From positions 87,191,921 through 87,255,920 of the forward strand of contig NC_092383.1 of the NCBI RefSeq assembly GCF_030028105.1: 64,000 nucleotides of DNA, written 5' to 3'. The position numbers and the translations under genes were made by a program. The notes below the pieces were generated by a model. The model had not been told where the DNA came from. It did no database searches and saw only the letters and a program-made list of their open reading frames with translations. Positions 38,361 through 50,907 of the stretch are shown here, piece after piece (position 1 is the first letter of the stretch; every line of letters starts with the position of its first letter). This DNA is from Mobula birostris. Its lineage: Eukaryota.

Positions 38361-39284
38361 GTAGGTTTCTCGTATATTGACTTGATGTCTCCACTGGAAT
38401 GTCTGATTCATGTTTTCCCAGGTCAGAGTTAGGGCAGCGCGGATATCCTGAGGCTCCACAGTGGTGCAGAGTCCTGTGGGTACTGGTCAAGTACGAGGAA
38501 ACCACTCTCATGATGCTCTCATTGAGTGCGGAGTCTGACCCCCTGATGGGACACCGATTTCTAGTGGGAGGCTCAGCACATTTTCCTGCCTCTGAATGGT
38601 ATGAAATGTCACCCTGTCAGAGGTTTGAATTCAGACCAAAATTAATAACCTGATATTAACAGGTCAATGAGAAACAAGTGTTTCTCATGGTGTAAATACC
38701 TTAAAATTCATAAAAAGGGAATCTGTTCCAGAGCTAAACAGACTTCATTCAGTTCTCCCACAGCAGGCTTTCCCACTACCCATCCCTGCTTCATGGATTA
38801 GTCACTCCGCCCTCTACCACATGCTGATTCTCTTTGTCTCTGTCAATGTGCTCCAGGAATCCACCCCCCGGCACCCACTGACCATCTACTTCGCAGCAGC
38901 CAGCCTCTACACCCAGCCCATTCCTGGTGAGGAATAGAGCAATGGAATTAGAGAGAACATGGGACACAGTCCAGCACAAGAATAGACTCTTTGGTTCACT
39001 TCCCATGATTCTATCATATTGCATTGGTCTATATACCTTCAATCCCTCCCTTTTCATACCCCTGTACAAAAACCTCTAAAATATTGTGATAATATCCCTC
39101 TCCACCTGCTGGTCTGACTGGCTTCCCTATCTCTGACTTCCATAAATTTATAAACTTCTATCAGGTATCCCCTCAGCTTCTTACACTCCAGCAAAAGGAA
39201 TCCGAGTTTTTCCAACTTCTGTCCATGGCTAATACACTCCAATCCAGGTAACTGTGTTTTATTGATTGACTGATTGATTGAGAT

Positions 39285-39420
39285 ATAGCGTGGATTATGC
39301 CCTTCAAGCATTGCTGCCCAGCAATGCCCAGATTTAGCCCTAGCCTAATCATGAGACAATTTACAGTGATAAATTAAGCTACCAACCGGTAGGTCTTTGG
39401 ACTGTGTAATGAAACTGGAA
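39285..39420 (-). mobile_element. V-SINE fragment (paralogue at 61385-61525)
   Basis: Minus strand CAGTCCAAAGACCTACC motif and an (ATTG)n-derived tail. Confidence 0.6.
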
Positions 39421-39744
39421 ATTAAATTCCAGGAGAAGTCAATCTTCCCTAATTTATCAGGAGTATTTGAAGGCACTGTGTCTGTACTCATTGGTGTTTA
39501 GAAGAATGAGGGATGATCTCATGCAAAGCTATTGAGCATTGAAAAGCCCAGTGGATGTGGAGAGGAGGTTTCCTGCAGTGCGAGCATCTTGGACTAGAGG
39601 GCACAGACTTAGAATCGAAGGATCTCTGTAAGGGAGGTCCCGATCTCCAACTGTGTGCTCAAAGAAATTGAACTTTGATAAATTTGGCGCATTTTTCCTA
39701 TTCCTTTTTTAATTGTACCTCTATTAATCTCATAGTCCTAAGAT

Positions 39745-40958
39745 CTATACTTTATACTCTATTGTCACCAAACAATTGGTACTAGAACATACAATTGTCA
39801 CAGCGATATTTGATTCTGCGCTTACACTCCCAGGATTACAATTATTAAATATTAAAGATATTAAAAATAGTTAAAATTTGTAAATATTAAAAAAAATTAA
39901 ATTATAAATCATAAATAGAAAATAGAAAAATGGGAATTAAGGTAGTTCCAAAAAAACCGAGAGGCAGGTCTGGATATTTGGAAGGTACAGCCCAGATCTG
40001 GGTCAGGATCCGTTCAGCAGTCTTATCACAGTTGGAAAGAAGCTGTTCCCAAATCTGGCCGTACGAGTCTTCAAGCTCTTGAACCTTCTCCCGGAGGGAA
40101 GAGGGACAAAAAGTGTGTTGGCTGGGTGGGTCGTGTCCTTGATTATCCTGACAGCACTGCTCCGACAGCGTGCGGTGTAAAGTGAGTCCAAGGACAGAAG
40201 ATTGGTTCGTGTGATGGGCTGCGTTGTGTTCACGATCTTCTGCAGCTTCTTCTGGTCTTGGACAGGACAACTTCCATACCAGGTTGTGATGCACCCTAGA
40301 AGAATGCTTTCTACGGTGCATCTATAAAAATTAGTGAGGGATTTAGGGGACAGGCCAAATTTCTTTAGTTTTTTCAGGAAATAAAGGCCCTGGTGGGCCT
40401 TCTTGGCAGTGAACTCTGCTTGGTTGGACCAAGTCAGGTCATTTGTGATATTGACCCCGAGGAACTTAAAGCCTTCGAGCTGTTCCACTTGCGCACCACC
40501 AATGTAAATTGGGTCGTGCGGTCCGCTATTCCTTCTGAAGTCAACAACCAATTCCTTCGTCTTGCTGACGTTGAGGGATAGGTTATTGTCTTCGCACCGT
40601 GCCACCAGGTTCTTAATTTCCTTTCTGTACTCAAACTCATCATTACCCGAGATACAGCCTACAATTGTTGTGTCATCAGCAAATTTATATATTGAGTCTG
40701 ATGGAAACTTGGCTACACAATCATGGGTGTAGAGTGAGTACAGCAGGGGGCTGAGTACACAGCCTTGAGGGGCACTGGTGCTCAGAGTGATTGTAGAGGA
40801 GAGCTTGTCCCCTATTTTTACAGCCTGGGTCCAGTCTGTGAGGAAGTTGAAGATCCAGCTGTAGATCTGAGTGCTAAGGCCCAGGTTGCGGAGCTTAGGA
40901 ATCAGTTTATTTGGAACGATAGTATTAAAGGCAGAGCTGTAGTCAATGAAAAGGAGCC
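39745..40958 (-). mobile_element. Rex1-type LINE 3' portion inserted in the Gypsy 5' LTR
   Basis: [50 protein letters not shown]. Confidence 0.88.
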
Positions 40959-41096
40959 TTATAAAGTGTAATTTGTAAAATTGAAGCCAAATCAGGTGGC
41001 ATTACACAGCAACCGACGTAATCGGGATACAAGGTTGGGTGGCGGCGGTGTTTCCCCTAGATAAATACGAGCCAATATAGCTGAGCGTTACGTTTG

Positions 41097-41111
41097 TGGG
41101 GGCTCGTCGGG
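41097..41111 (+). promoter_or_regulatory. Primer binding site, tRNA-Pro
   Basis: TGGGGGCTCGTCGGG against the tRNA-Pro 3' complement TGGGGGCTCGTCCGGG (one base missing), 4 nt after the LTR end. Confidence 0.8.
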
Positions 41112-41221
41112 GATTGAATTTTCAGTAAAGCTGTATAAATCGCCACATTAAGTAGTGTGGAGATGGATCGAGATAAGATTGTAAGCAGGTGTGAGTTAGA
41201 GGACGTACTGGTGAATCATGC

Positions 41222-42500
41222 ATGTGTGTTAATTGGGATGGATTTCCGCACTTCAAGAGCAGTATTAGTGCGAGGGTTGAGTTTGATCAAATCTATAGGG
41301 CAGGTAGAAGGTGTGGTAAAGAAGTGGAATCTAGCTGGGTGTTGGCTCGTACAAGCGCTGACGTCATGACATTGCAACTGCCAGTGACAGTCAGCGTCCC
41401 GGGGGAGGCGGGGCCGTGGGGCCTCCATACCCTCCTGGAGGAAGAAATTGAGGAGACACCGGCGAAAGAGCTAGATGAAACCCCAGGGGTGGTGCCTGTA
41501 GTCAGTTGTGTGGGTGGTCAGAGTGTGGAAGGCTTGGCCAGGCCCCATCCCCCAGCTAGAGGTGAGACCTCCGAGTTAGCATCCGCCATTAACTCCCTGG
41601 TGAGAAGGGCCGAGGGGCCCCGCCCAAAACTGAGAATTTTCTCAGGAGCCACACCTACCCCGGAAGGGGAGGACGACTATGAAACATGGATTGAAAATAC
41701 AGCCCAGTTGTTAGAGGCGTGGCCAGGTTCGGATGAGGAAAAGAGACAGCGATTGATGGAGAGTTTGAGGGGAGGGGCAGCTGGTGTCGTCCGGGAGCTG
41801 AAAGCGGAACAGCCCTCGACTTCCCTGGCAGTGTATCTGGAAATTTTGGAGGGAGCGTTTGGAATGTCAGGAGATCTCGGGGAACTTTTAGTGGAGTTTC
41901 ACCACATGGGGCAGGGTAGAGGGGAAAAGCTCTCAGAATACATTTTTCGGCTGGAAAAAATGCTTACCAGGTTGCGGCGCCAAGGGGTAGTGAAGGCGGA
42001 CGAGGTGGCGAGGTTGAAGATGAGTCAGATATTTAGTGGTTCCCTGGGGGAGGACAAGATGGCTTGGAGCCTCCGGCAGTCCTATAAAAGGAGCCCCCCT
42101 CCATCATTCGGGCAGCTGATTAGAGAGGTGCGGGAGGAGGAGAGTGCGTTGGGCTGGAAAAGGGGCTCGGGCCACCGGGGACAGTCCTCAGCGGTTCAGG
42201 AGGTGGTGGCTGGATTGAGGACCGAGAAACCCAAGGGGTCCCAGTGGGGTAGGGACCCCCCCCCCCGGCTTGAGGGGATGGACAGGGAGAGTACCCCCTT
42301 CGGGGGACGTCCCACAACATGGGCTGGGAGTGGGGGGGCATCCCTCGAGGAGAGGGGTGGCTGGTAGCAGGTGCTATAACTGTGGGAAAGAAGGGCCATT
42401 TCAGGCGGGAATGTGAGTGGCCGGGCGTGTACTACAGCTATGGGGAGGCGGGTCACTTTCGGAGGGATTGTGAGAGACAAGGCGCACGGCGGAGGGCAAG
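41222..42500 (+). pseudogene. Gag with a PNMA-like capsid region and frameshifted zinc knuckles
   Basis: LRIFSGATPTPEGEDDYETWIE and QRLMESLRGGA, followed by CYNCGKKGHFRREC-type knuckles in a shifted frame. Confidence 0.85.
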
Positions 42501-42551
42501 CCCCTGGGCCACTAAGAAGGGAGAGGTATCAGGAAACTTAGGAGAGACTCA

Positions 42552-45500
42552 GTGAGGGAACGGACTGGGGTCTCAGGAGGAACACGTTCCCAGAAATCAG
42601 CCATGGGACCCCTGAAAGCCCAAGCCCTTATTCCGGATGGACTGGTGGGACCCCGTTCCAGCGTGTCCCTACGGATAGAGGGAATCTTTGCAAGAGCCAT
42701 CCTTGACACCGGATTGCAGGTTACCTTATTGTACCGGTCGTTCTACAAAAAATATCTGAAGCATTTGCCAGTAAACCTGTTTAATGCCCTGGAGATTTGG
42801 GGTATAAGTAAGGGTGATTACCCGTACGATGGGTACCTGTCAGTGAGATTGGAATTCTCGGAGGGCGATGTGGGAGTGTCGGAAGCCCTTGAGACGCTGG
42901 TGTTGGTTTGTCCGGACCCGGTGGAAACCGGTGGCGCTGCCCTTCTGGTGGGGACTAACTCCCCTCTGGTGTGACGGCTCCTGGGAGCCTGTAAGGAGAA
43001 GGCGTAGGAGAACTTTCTGGAGACCCACCCTGTGTTTCGAGCAGCATTCGAAGAAGTTGGTGACCCCCAGGAGCTGGATCCTGAGTTCAAACGAGGGACA
43101 GTGTGGTGTATTCAGCCGAGGCCTAAGGTGATACGCCCAGGGGAGGTGGCACTAGTGATGGGGACCCCCAGATTCCCGGGAGTACCGGTGGGCAAGGCCC
43201 TATTAGTAGACGCCCTGGAAGACCTTGAGGGGGAGTCCCGGTTCCCGGCTGGGGCGCTGGTGAGACCTGAATTGCAGAGGCTCTCGGTTGTACCGGCACG
43301 CCGGATGGGGGTGATTGTAAGGAACACAACGGAGAGGGAGATCACCTTTAAGTGCAGGATGCCCCTCGCGCACTTGTTCTCGGTGATGGTGATGTCTAGC
43401 GCCCCCGTGAGGCCCACTGGAGGAGAACTATTGGAGAACAGGGGGCGGCTGACCGAGGAGGCCTTTAATTTTAAGGACTCCACTTTACCGCTGGAGTATA
43501 AGAGCAGGCTGGTGGAGAAAATGCTGAAGATAGGGGATGTCTTTTCTCAGGGCGAGTTTGATGTGGGCTGTTCCAAGAGCACTCGTCACACTACTCAGGT
43601 GACAAATGACACCCCGTTTAGAGAAAGGTCGCGGTGGTTGGCCCCAGCAGTTGTGGAAGATGTGCGGCAGTTGAAGGATGCAGGGATTATCGAGGAGTCC
43701 CCCATAGTAGTAGCTAGGAAGAAAAATGGGAAGGTATGCATGTGCGTGGACTATAGGACCCTGAACTGGCGCACGGTTCCTGACCAATATACGGTCCCGA
43801 GGGTTGAAGACGCATTGGCCTGTCTGAGTGGTGCGCAGTGGTTTAGTGTATTGGATTTGCGGAGTGGATATTACCAGATTCCGATGAGTGAGGTTGATAA
43901 AGAGAAGACGACCTTTATCTGCCCCCTGGGATTCTTTCAGTTCGAACGAATGCCCCAAGGCTTATCCAGGGCCCCAGCCACCTTCCAGCAGCTCATGGAG
44001 AGGACGGTGGGGGTTATGAACCTGCTGGAGGTGTTGGTGTATCTGGATGACCTGATAGTGTTTGGATCTACGTTGGAGGAACATGAGGAGCAGCTGCTGA
44101 AGGTGTTAAGCCAGCTGAAGGAGGAAGGGTTGAAATTTTCCCTGGATAAATGCCAGTTCTGTAAGCCATCGGTCGGCTATGTTGGACACCTAACTTTGCG
44201 AAATGGAATGGCTACTGATCCAGCTAAGATAGGCGCAGTGACCACCTGGCCGAGACCCCAGAAGGTGAGTGCCCTGTGCTTGTTTTTGGGGTTCTGTGGG
44301 TACTACCAGCGATTCCTGTTGTGTGGCTATCCACCTGTGGGGAGGAGGAGGAAGGGAGACCGAGGGCAGGAGGCAGGAGGATACTTGAACTCAGTGGAGC
44401 CTTTTGGATCAAGGTTGGATGCTCAATGTGAGGAGGCGTTCCAATCTCTGAAAAGAGCGCTGACACAGGACCTGGTGCTGGCTTTTGCTGATCCCAGGAT
44501 GCCGTATGTGCTGCACACTGATGCCAGTCGAGAGGGTCTGGGGGCTGTCCTGTACCAGGAACAGGGCAACGGATTGAGGCCGGTAGTGTTTGTCAGCCGA
44601 AGCTTTTCGCCATCTGAGAGAAACTATCCCATTCACAAGTTGGAGTTCCTGGCGCTGAAATGGGTGGTGGTGGACTAGTTGAGCGACTACCTATAAGGGG
44701 CCAAGTTTGAGATGAGAACGGACGACAACCCTCTCACTTATATCCTGACCTTGGCAAAACTGGACGCCACTGGGCATCGGTGGTTGGCGGCCTTGTCGGT
44801 CTATGAGCTCAGCCTGAAGTACCGGCCGGGGAGTCGGAACATCGATGCAGATACTCTATCTCGTTGGGCACACGATGAGTCAGGCACGGCTGAGGAGTGG
44901 AAGAGTGTCCCTGCCCTGGGAGTGAAGGACATGTGTCAATTTGTGAGCGATGCTGAAGCAGGAGCCCCGATGGGGCCGGATCGGGCAGTGGATCAATTGG
45001 GGGCTGACGATGATGTGCTACCCTCTGTTTACTGTAATTTGACTGCTCTGAGGAACAGGCAACTGCCAGAGGTGAGCCCCAAGGAAGTGGGGGCAGCTCA
45101 GCGTGATGACCCGAGCATTGGCACTATCTGGTACGCGGTTAAAAAGAGGGATATGCCTCAGTGCCCTTACTACTGAAGGAGTGGCCTCGGTTAAAGCTGA
45201 AGAACCAAGTTTTGTACGGGGTCAAGTCGCCCCCCCCCCCCCCGCCCCCAGACCAGCACCAGCGTTGGCAGCTGGTCATGCCTGAGAAGTATCAGAAGAC
45301 TGTGCTCCAGGCACAACATGATGATTCCAGGTACCTGGGGGTGGAAAAGACCTATGGGTGACTCAAGGACCAGTTACACTGGCCCCGGAAGAGGGGGGAG
45401 GTTGAAGATTACTGTAAGAAATGCAGTCGTTGCATCAGGAGGAAGACCCTGCCTGTGCAGGCAGCTCCTTTGTCCCACTTGCAGAGTGCGGGACCCATGG

Positions 45501-46556
45501 ACCTGGTGTGTATGGATTTCCTGTCTATTGAGCCAGACACCAGCAACACCGTGAATGTCTTAGTCATCACGGATCACTACACTAGATATGTCCACTAAGG
45601 ACCAGAAAGCGACTACAGTGGCGAAGGTGTTATGGGAGAAGTACCTTGTTCATTATGGCCTCCCCAAGCGGATCCATAGTGATTAGGGACAGGACTTCGA
45701 GAGCAGGCTTATCCATGAATTACTGGGTATGCTTGGGGTCGAGAAATCCAGGACCACCCCCTATCACCCATAGGGTGATCTTCAGCCCGAGAGGTTTAAC
45801 CGGACCCTGTTGGACCTGCTGGAGACTCTGGAGATCAGTCAGAAGAGTAAGTGGAGTCAACACATCGGGCATTTGGTTCACTGTTACAATTGTACTCGCA
45901 ATGACGCTACGGGGTACTCGCCCTATTATCTGATGTTCGGGCGGGAAGCGAGGTTGCCCATTGATCTGTGTTTTGGGACTGAAGCAGGTGAATTACCTTT
46001 GAAGCCATGTCTGAAGTACGTGTCCGATATGAGGAGAGAGTTGAAAAGGGCGTACGAGTTGGCTGAGGCGGCAGCCACCAAGCAGAATCAGGGGAATAAG
46101 AGGAGGTATGATCGGAAAGTGAAGTTCGCCCAACTATTGCCGGGAGACCGGGTCCTTATACGAAACTTAGGACTGCCTGGTAAGCACAAGTTGGCCGATC
46201 GCTGGGCGGCCACCCCCTATGCGGTAGAGAGTCAGACGCTGAATCTACCTGTTTACCGGGTGAGACCAGAGGATGGGAAGGGGCCTGTCAAAGTACCCCA
46301 TCGGCACCACCTGTTGCCTCTGGGTCGAGAGGTGCAGGTAGACCAAGAGCCCAAATGGGAGTTTACGCTTAGTACAAGGACTCTGCGAGGGCACGGGGCG
46401 AGGGAAGAGCCCGCCGTGAAAGAGATGGGACCGGTCCCCACTTCAGAGAGGGATAATTCATTGGAAGACAAAGATTCGGAAGTGTGCACCTGTTTCCGTT
46501 CACTAATTCTTCGGTACCGGAAGAAGGGGCTCCTGGCCCTTCCCCCACTGAGTTAG
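42552..46556 (+). pseudogene. Pol (PR-RT-RNase H-IN) with stops and frameshifts
   Basis: ORF pieces 42552-42974, 43032-44678, 44712-45176 and 45810-46556. Confidence 0.9.
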
Positions 46557-48229
46557 GTGAGAGGAGGGAGGGTGTTGAGGGGCGGCCTGAGATACAGCTC
46601 GCATTGGGGTAAGAAAGGGTGGAACCAGAACCCGAGATAGAGGGCTCACAGGAGCTGAGGGGTCCCAGTGAGGGAGAGGGTGAGGGTCTGACAGATAGGC
46701 CCGGGGTATCACCTGTGGTGTCTGAGCTGGAAGGGTCGGCAGAGGAGGTACAGAGGCCTCAGGGAAGTAACACCCCCACCCCGGAGAGGTTGACCTACAC
46801 AGTGCCGGGAGAACAGGGTGTGATCGCTACTGCTCTGGGAAGTTATGTCACTGCTTTATGCACCTGGGTTGGGTTTTGTGCATTGCAAGGAGCAATGGTG
46901 AACTCTGTTAATGTCATGAGGGCATGACTTTTTTTTTGGTGGGGGGACAGTGTAAGAAGTTTCTTCTTTTATGTTACTGCGTATATTAATCAAAATGGCT
47001 TCGTTGCTATGTTAAATACTGAGAAAGTTCTCTGGCTAGTAGTTTGCTTGGGTTATATTAGTGATAAAAGTGCAAATGAACCAATGGGTGTCCACGTTAT
47101 TCTTTCTCGGGGTGATATGCTGTCTCATATGGCTGGGAAACGGGGGTTTTAGAGGAGAGACCGGGAAGATGACGGACGTGCTGGAAGTGCTTTGCTCCAT
47201 CACTTCGGTTAGTCCCGAGCTGCGAGTCGACGGGGTCAGAATGGATCGCGGGGGGAAGAAAGAAGATCCCGAGCTCCAACTGCGTGCACGAAGAAATTGA
47301 ACTTTGATAAGTTTGGCACCTTTTTCCTATTCCTTTTTAAATTGTACCTCTATTAATCTCATAGTCCTAGTAAGATTTATAAAGTGTAATTTGTAAAACG
47401 TACATTGTGTGCTGGCTGATGATTGATGTTTGAAGCCAAATCAGGTGGCATTACACAGCAACTGACGTAATCGGGAGACAAGGTTGGGTGGCGGATGGGG
47501 TTTCCCCGGGATAAATACGGGCCAATATAGCTGAGGATTACATGTCCTTGAAAAGAGAGATGAGGGGGAATTTCTTTAAAAAAAAGCTGGTGAATCTGTG
47601 GATTGCATTGGCACAGGCAGCTGTGGAGGCCAAATCGTTGGGTATATTTAAAGCAGAGGGTGATTCTTTAGGGCATCGAAGGTTACAGAGAGAAGGCAGG
47701 AGAATAGATTTAGAGGGATAATAAATCAGCCATGATTGAACGGAGGAGCAGACTCAATGGACTGAATGGCCTAATTCTGCTCCTATATCTTATGGTCTTA
47801 TGGCCTGTGGTCTTTCTAGTTCTCCAGTCACATATGATTCCTTTTTGGCTTCATATCGATACTAATACTCACGGGTTCCCTTGCTGCTATAGGTCACTGA
47901 AACCAATCACAATTATACTCTCTCCCAAAAGTCACCGTTCATCTTGTACCCACTGAACCCAGTCACAAATTAATTATCTCCTGAAAGCCACCAAACAGAT
48001 ATCTCACATCACTGTGGAATTATAAGACCAGTTTTCAATAGGAGATTTAATTTACATTTACAAGTAAAGTTAATATCTCATGATCTTTGTCCCCACCCTG
48101 TCCATCCCTCACTATATCTGCATTAAAATCAATGCCACATGTTTCCCTCATTAAACCCAGTCACAATATCATTTTCTCCTGAAAGACAGCAAACACGTGA
48201 CAGATATCTCACAATACTGCCTTTAAACA

Positions 48230-48792
48230 AGCAGGAGCAACTATATTTCGTACCTCCTATACCTAATAAAGTGGCCACTGATTGGATGTTCCTGGTCTTC
48301 TGCTTCTGTGTCCCATCCACTTCAAGGTTTGATATGTTGTATTTTCAGAAGCTCTTCAGCACACCACTGCCATAACACACGGTTATTTGAATTCCTGTCA
48401 CCTTTCTGTCGGCTTGAACCAGTCTGGCCTTTCTCCTCTGACCTCTCTCATTAACAAGGTATTTTTGTTCACAGAATTGCTGCTCACTATATGTTTTATT
48501 TATGTTCTTTGTAACACCGTCCTTTGTAACCTCTAGAGACCATTGTGGGTGAAAATCCCAGAAGATCAGTAGTTTCTGAGATTATCTAACTACACCATCT
48601 GGCCCCAACAATTATTTCATGGTCAAAGTCACTTTAGATCACCTTTCTTCCTCATTCTGATGTCTGGTCTAGACAGAGACAGAACCTCTTGTCTTTGTAT
48701 GTTTAAATGGACTGTATTGCTGCCACATGACTCACCAATTAGATATTTGTATTAATGAGCGGGTGAACAGGTGTAGCTAATAAAGTGGCAGA
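48230..48792 (-). mobile_element. Tc1-like element, paralogue of 27030-27580
   Basis: Same sequence at the same position in the duplicated block. Confidence 0.8.
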
Positions 48793-48850
48793 AGAGTGTT
48801 TGATTTTCAGATGATCATTCAGTGTCTGATTGTTTAATACTTTCCTACAG

Positions 48851-49171
48851 AACCTGTGTCTGTTCCTGTGCTTCGATATCTGTCATCAGCAAATGTTTCC
48901 CGTCTCGGGGACTCAGTGTCAGTTTCCTGTGCGTCTTTCCAGGGATCCCTTCCCATTCAGTACACATGGTATGAACAAACCTCATCTGGGCATCCGAAGA
49001 TCTCAGATACCAATGAACTGGCTCTACATTGTCAATCCTTCAACCAGCAGCATCATCAATATTACTGCAGTGCCTTGAATCGGCTTGGAGCAAGATCCAG
49101 TGCAATGGTTAATGTGACAGTCTTCGACAATGGAGAGATCTGCAGTTATGTGACAGAAATCAATGGCACTA
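48851..49171 (+). CDS. Ig C2-type exon 2
   Basis: CCTACAG acceptor, GTAAGT donor, 321 nt, phase 1-1, open. EPVSVPVL, SVSCAS..GSLPIQYTWY, YYCSALNRLG. Confidence 0.92.
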
Positions 49172-49590
49172 GTAAGTTCTCCTTTCAAGGGAGGCTACAT
49201 TTAAATATTTCTCTTTGTTCCTCTGTTACTGCTGCTCTTCTACTTCTAGTGAGAGTAAGGTATTTCTTTGCATTTGTAGAAGCTACACATTGCAGCCACC
49301 ATGGGGTAGAAATAAGGTGTTGTGAACAGTGAGGTCCGTCACTTCCTCGATGAAGATGTGGAGTATCTCAAACATAGTTGGAATTGCACTTCTGGACAAG
49401 TTGGGAGAATTCCAGAGCAGTGGAAATTTGAAAGTGTCATTCCACTCTTTAAGCAGGAAGGGAGACAAAAGAAAGGAAATTATAGAACAGTTAGCATGAC
49501 ATCTGTGATTAGGAAGATGCTGGAGTCCATTATTAAGAACAAGCTTTTTCTTTGCAAACATCCATAAAAACAGAGGAGTGGCCCAAAGAA

Positions 49591-50907
49591 TAGTCATAGT
49601 CATAGTCATACTTTATTGATCCCGGGGGAAATTGGTTTTCATTACAGTTGCACCATAAATAATAAATAGTAATAGAACCATAAATACTTAAATAGTAATA
49701 TGTAATTTATGCCAGTAAATTATGAAATAAGTCCAGGACCAGCCTATCGGCTCGAGGTGTCTGACCCTCCTAGGGAGGAGTTGTAAAGTTTGATGGCTAC
49801 AGGCAGGAATGACTTCCTATGACACTCTGTGCTGCATCTCGGAGGAATGAGTCTCTGGCTGAATGTACTCCTGTGCCCACCCAGTACATTATGTAGTGGA
49901 TGGGAGACATTGACCAAGATGGCATGCAACTTAGACAGCATCTTCTTTTCAGACACCACCGTGAGAGAGTCCAGTTCCATCCCCTCAACATCACTGGCCT
50001 TACGAATGAGTTTGTTGATTCTGTTGGTGTCTAGTACCCTCAGCCTGCTGCCCCAGCACACAACAGCAAACATGATAGCACTGGACACCACAGACTTGTA
50101 GAACATCCTCAGCATCGTCCGGCAGATGTTAAAGGACCTCAGTCTCCTCAGGAAATAGAGACGACTCTGACCCTTCTTGTAGACAGCCTCAGTGTTCTTA
50201 GACCAGTCCAGTTTATTGTCAATTCGTATCCCCAGGTATTTGTAATCCTCCACCATGTCCACATTGATCCCCTGGATGGACACAGGGGTCACCGGCACCT
50301 TAGCTCTCCTCAGGTCTACCACCAGCTCCTTAGTCTTTTTCACATTAAGCTGCAGATAATTCTGCTCACACCATGTGACAAAGTTTCCTACCGTAGCCCT
50401 GTACTCAGCCTCATCTCCCTTGCTGATGCACCCAACAATGGTAGAGTCATCCCAAAACTTCTGAAGATGACAAGACTCTGTGCAGTAGTTGAGTTCCGAG
50501 GTGTAAATGGTGAAGAGAAAGGGAGACAAGACAGTCCCCTGTGGAGCCCCAGTGCTGCTGATCACTCTGTCCGACACAGTGTTGCAAGCACACGTACTGT
50601 GGTCTGCCAGTCAGGTAATCAAGAATCCATATACCAGGGAAGCATCCACCTGCATCGCTGTCAGCTTCTCCCCCAGCAGAGCAGGGTGGATGGTGTTGAA
50701 CGCACTGGAGAAGTCAAAAAACATGACCCTCACAGTGCTCGCTGGCTTGTCCAGGTGGACGTAGACACAGTTCAGCAGGTAGACGATGGCATCCTCAACT
50801 CCTAGTCGGGGCTGGTAGGCGAACTGGAGGGGATCTAAGTGTGGCCTCACCATAGGCCGGAGCAGCTCCAGAACAAGTCTCTCCAGGGTCTCATGATGTG
50901 GGAGGTC
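49591..50907 (-). mobile_element. Rex1/Babar LINE RT and 3' end with a (TATGAC)n tail; present only in copy 2
   Basis: [51 protein letters not shown]; (AGTCAT)n at the left end. Confidence 0.92.

Larger units (their letters stand above)
39627..47542 (+). mobile_element. Ty3/Gypsy LTR retrotransposon with PNMA-like Gag, decayed; inserted in a CR1 fragment; present only in copy 1
   Basis: 5' LTR 39627-41092 (interrupted), PBS 41097-41111, gag, PR (AILDTG), RT (YLDD), RNase H (HTDAS), integrase (IHSD.GQDFE), PPT 46938-46950, 3' LTR 46951-47542 (TGT...ACA). 4-bp TSD TCTC/TGTC. The empty site is visible in copy 2 at about 61727. Confidence 0.95.
26745..47949 (+). repeat. Tandem segmental duplication, copy 1 (C2 exon, long intron, V exon)
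   Basis: Collinear with 47950-62134 once copy-specific TE insertions are removed. Starts CCACTGAACCCAGTCAC, ends CATCTTGTAC. Confidence 0.9.

Noticed and set aside
38415-38485. Possible exon after V2 (TTTTCCCCAG acceptor)
   Set aside because: The AG is absent in the paralogous position after V3 (TTTTCCCTCG).
41222-42367. Domesticated PNMA host gene
   Set aside because: It sits inside a complete LTR element with PBS, pol and PPT, and is frameshifted before the zinc knuckle.
45231-45250. Programmed frameshift at poly-C runs in the Gypsy (also about 42255)
   Set aside because: Long homopolymers are prone to mutation and sequencing error, and the element has other inactivating changes.
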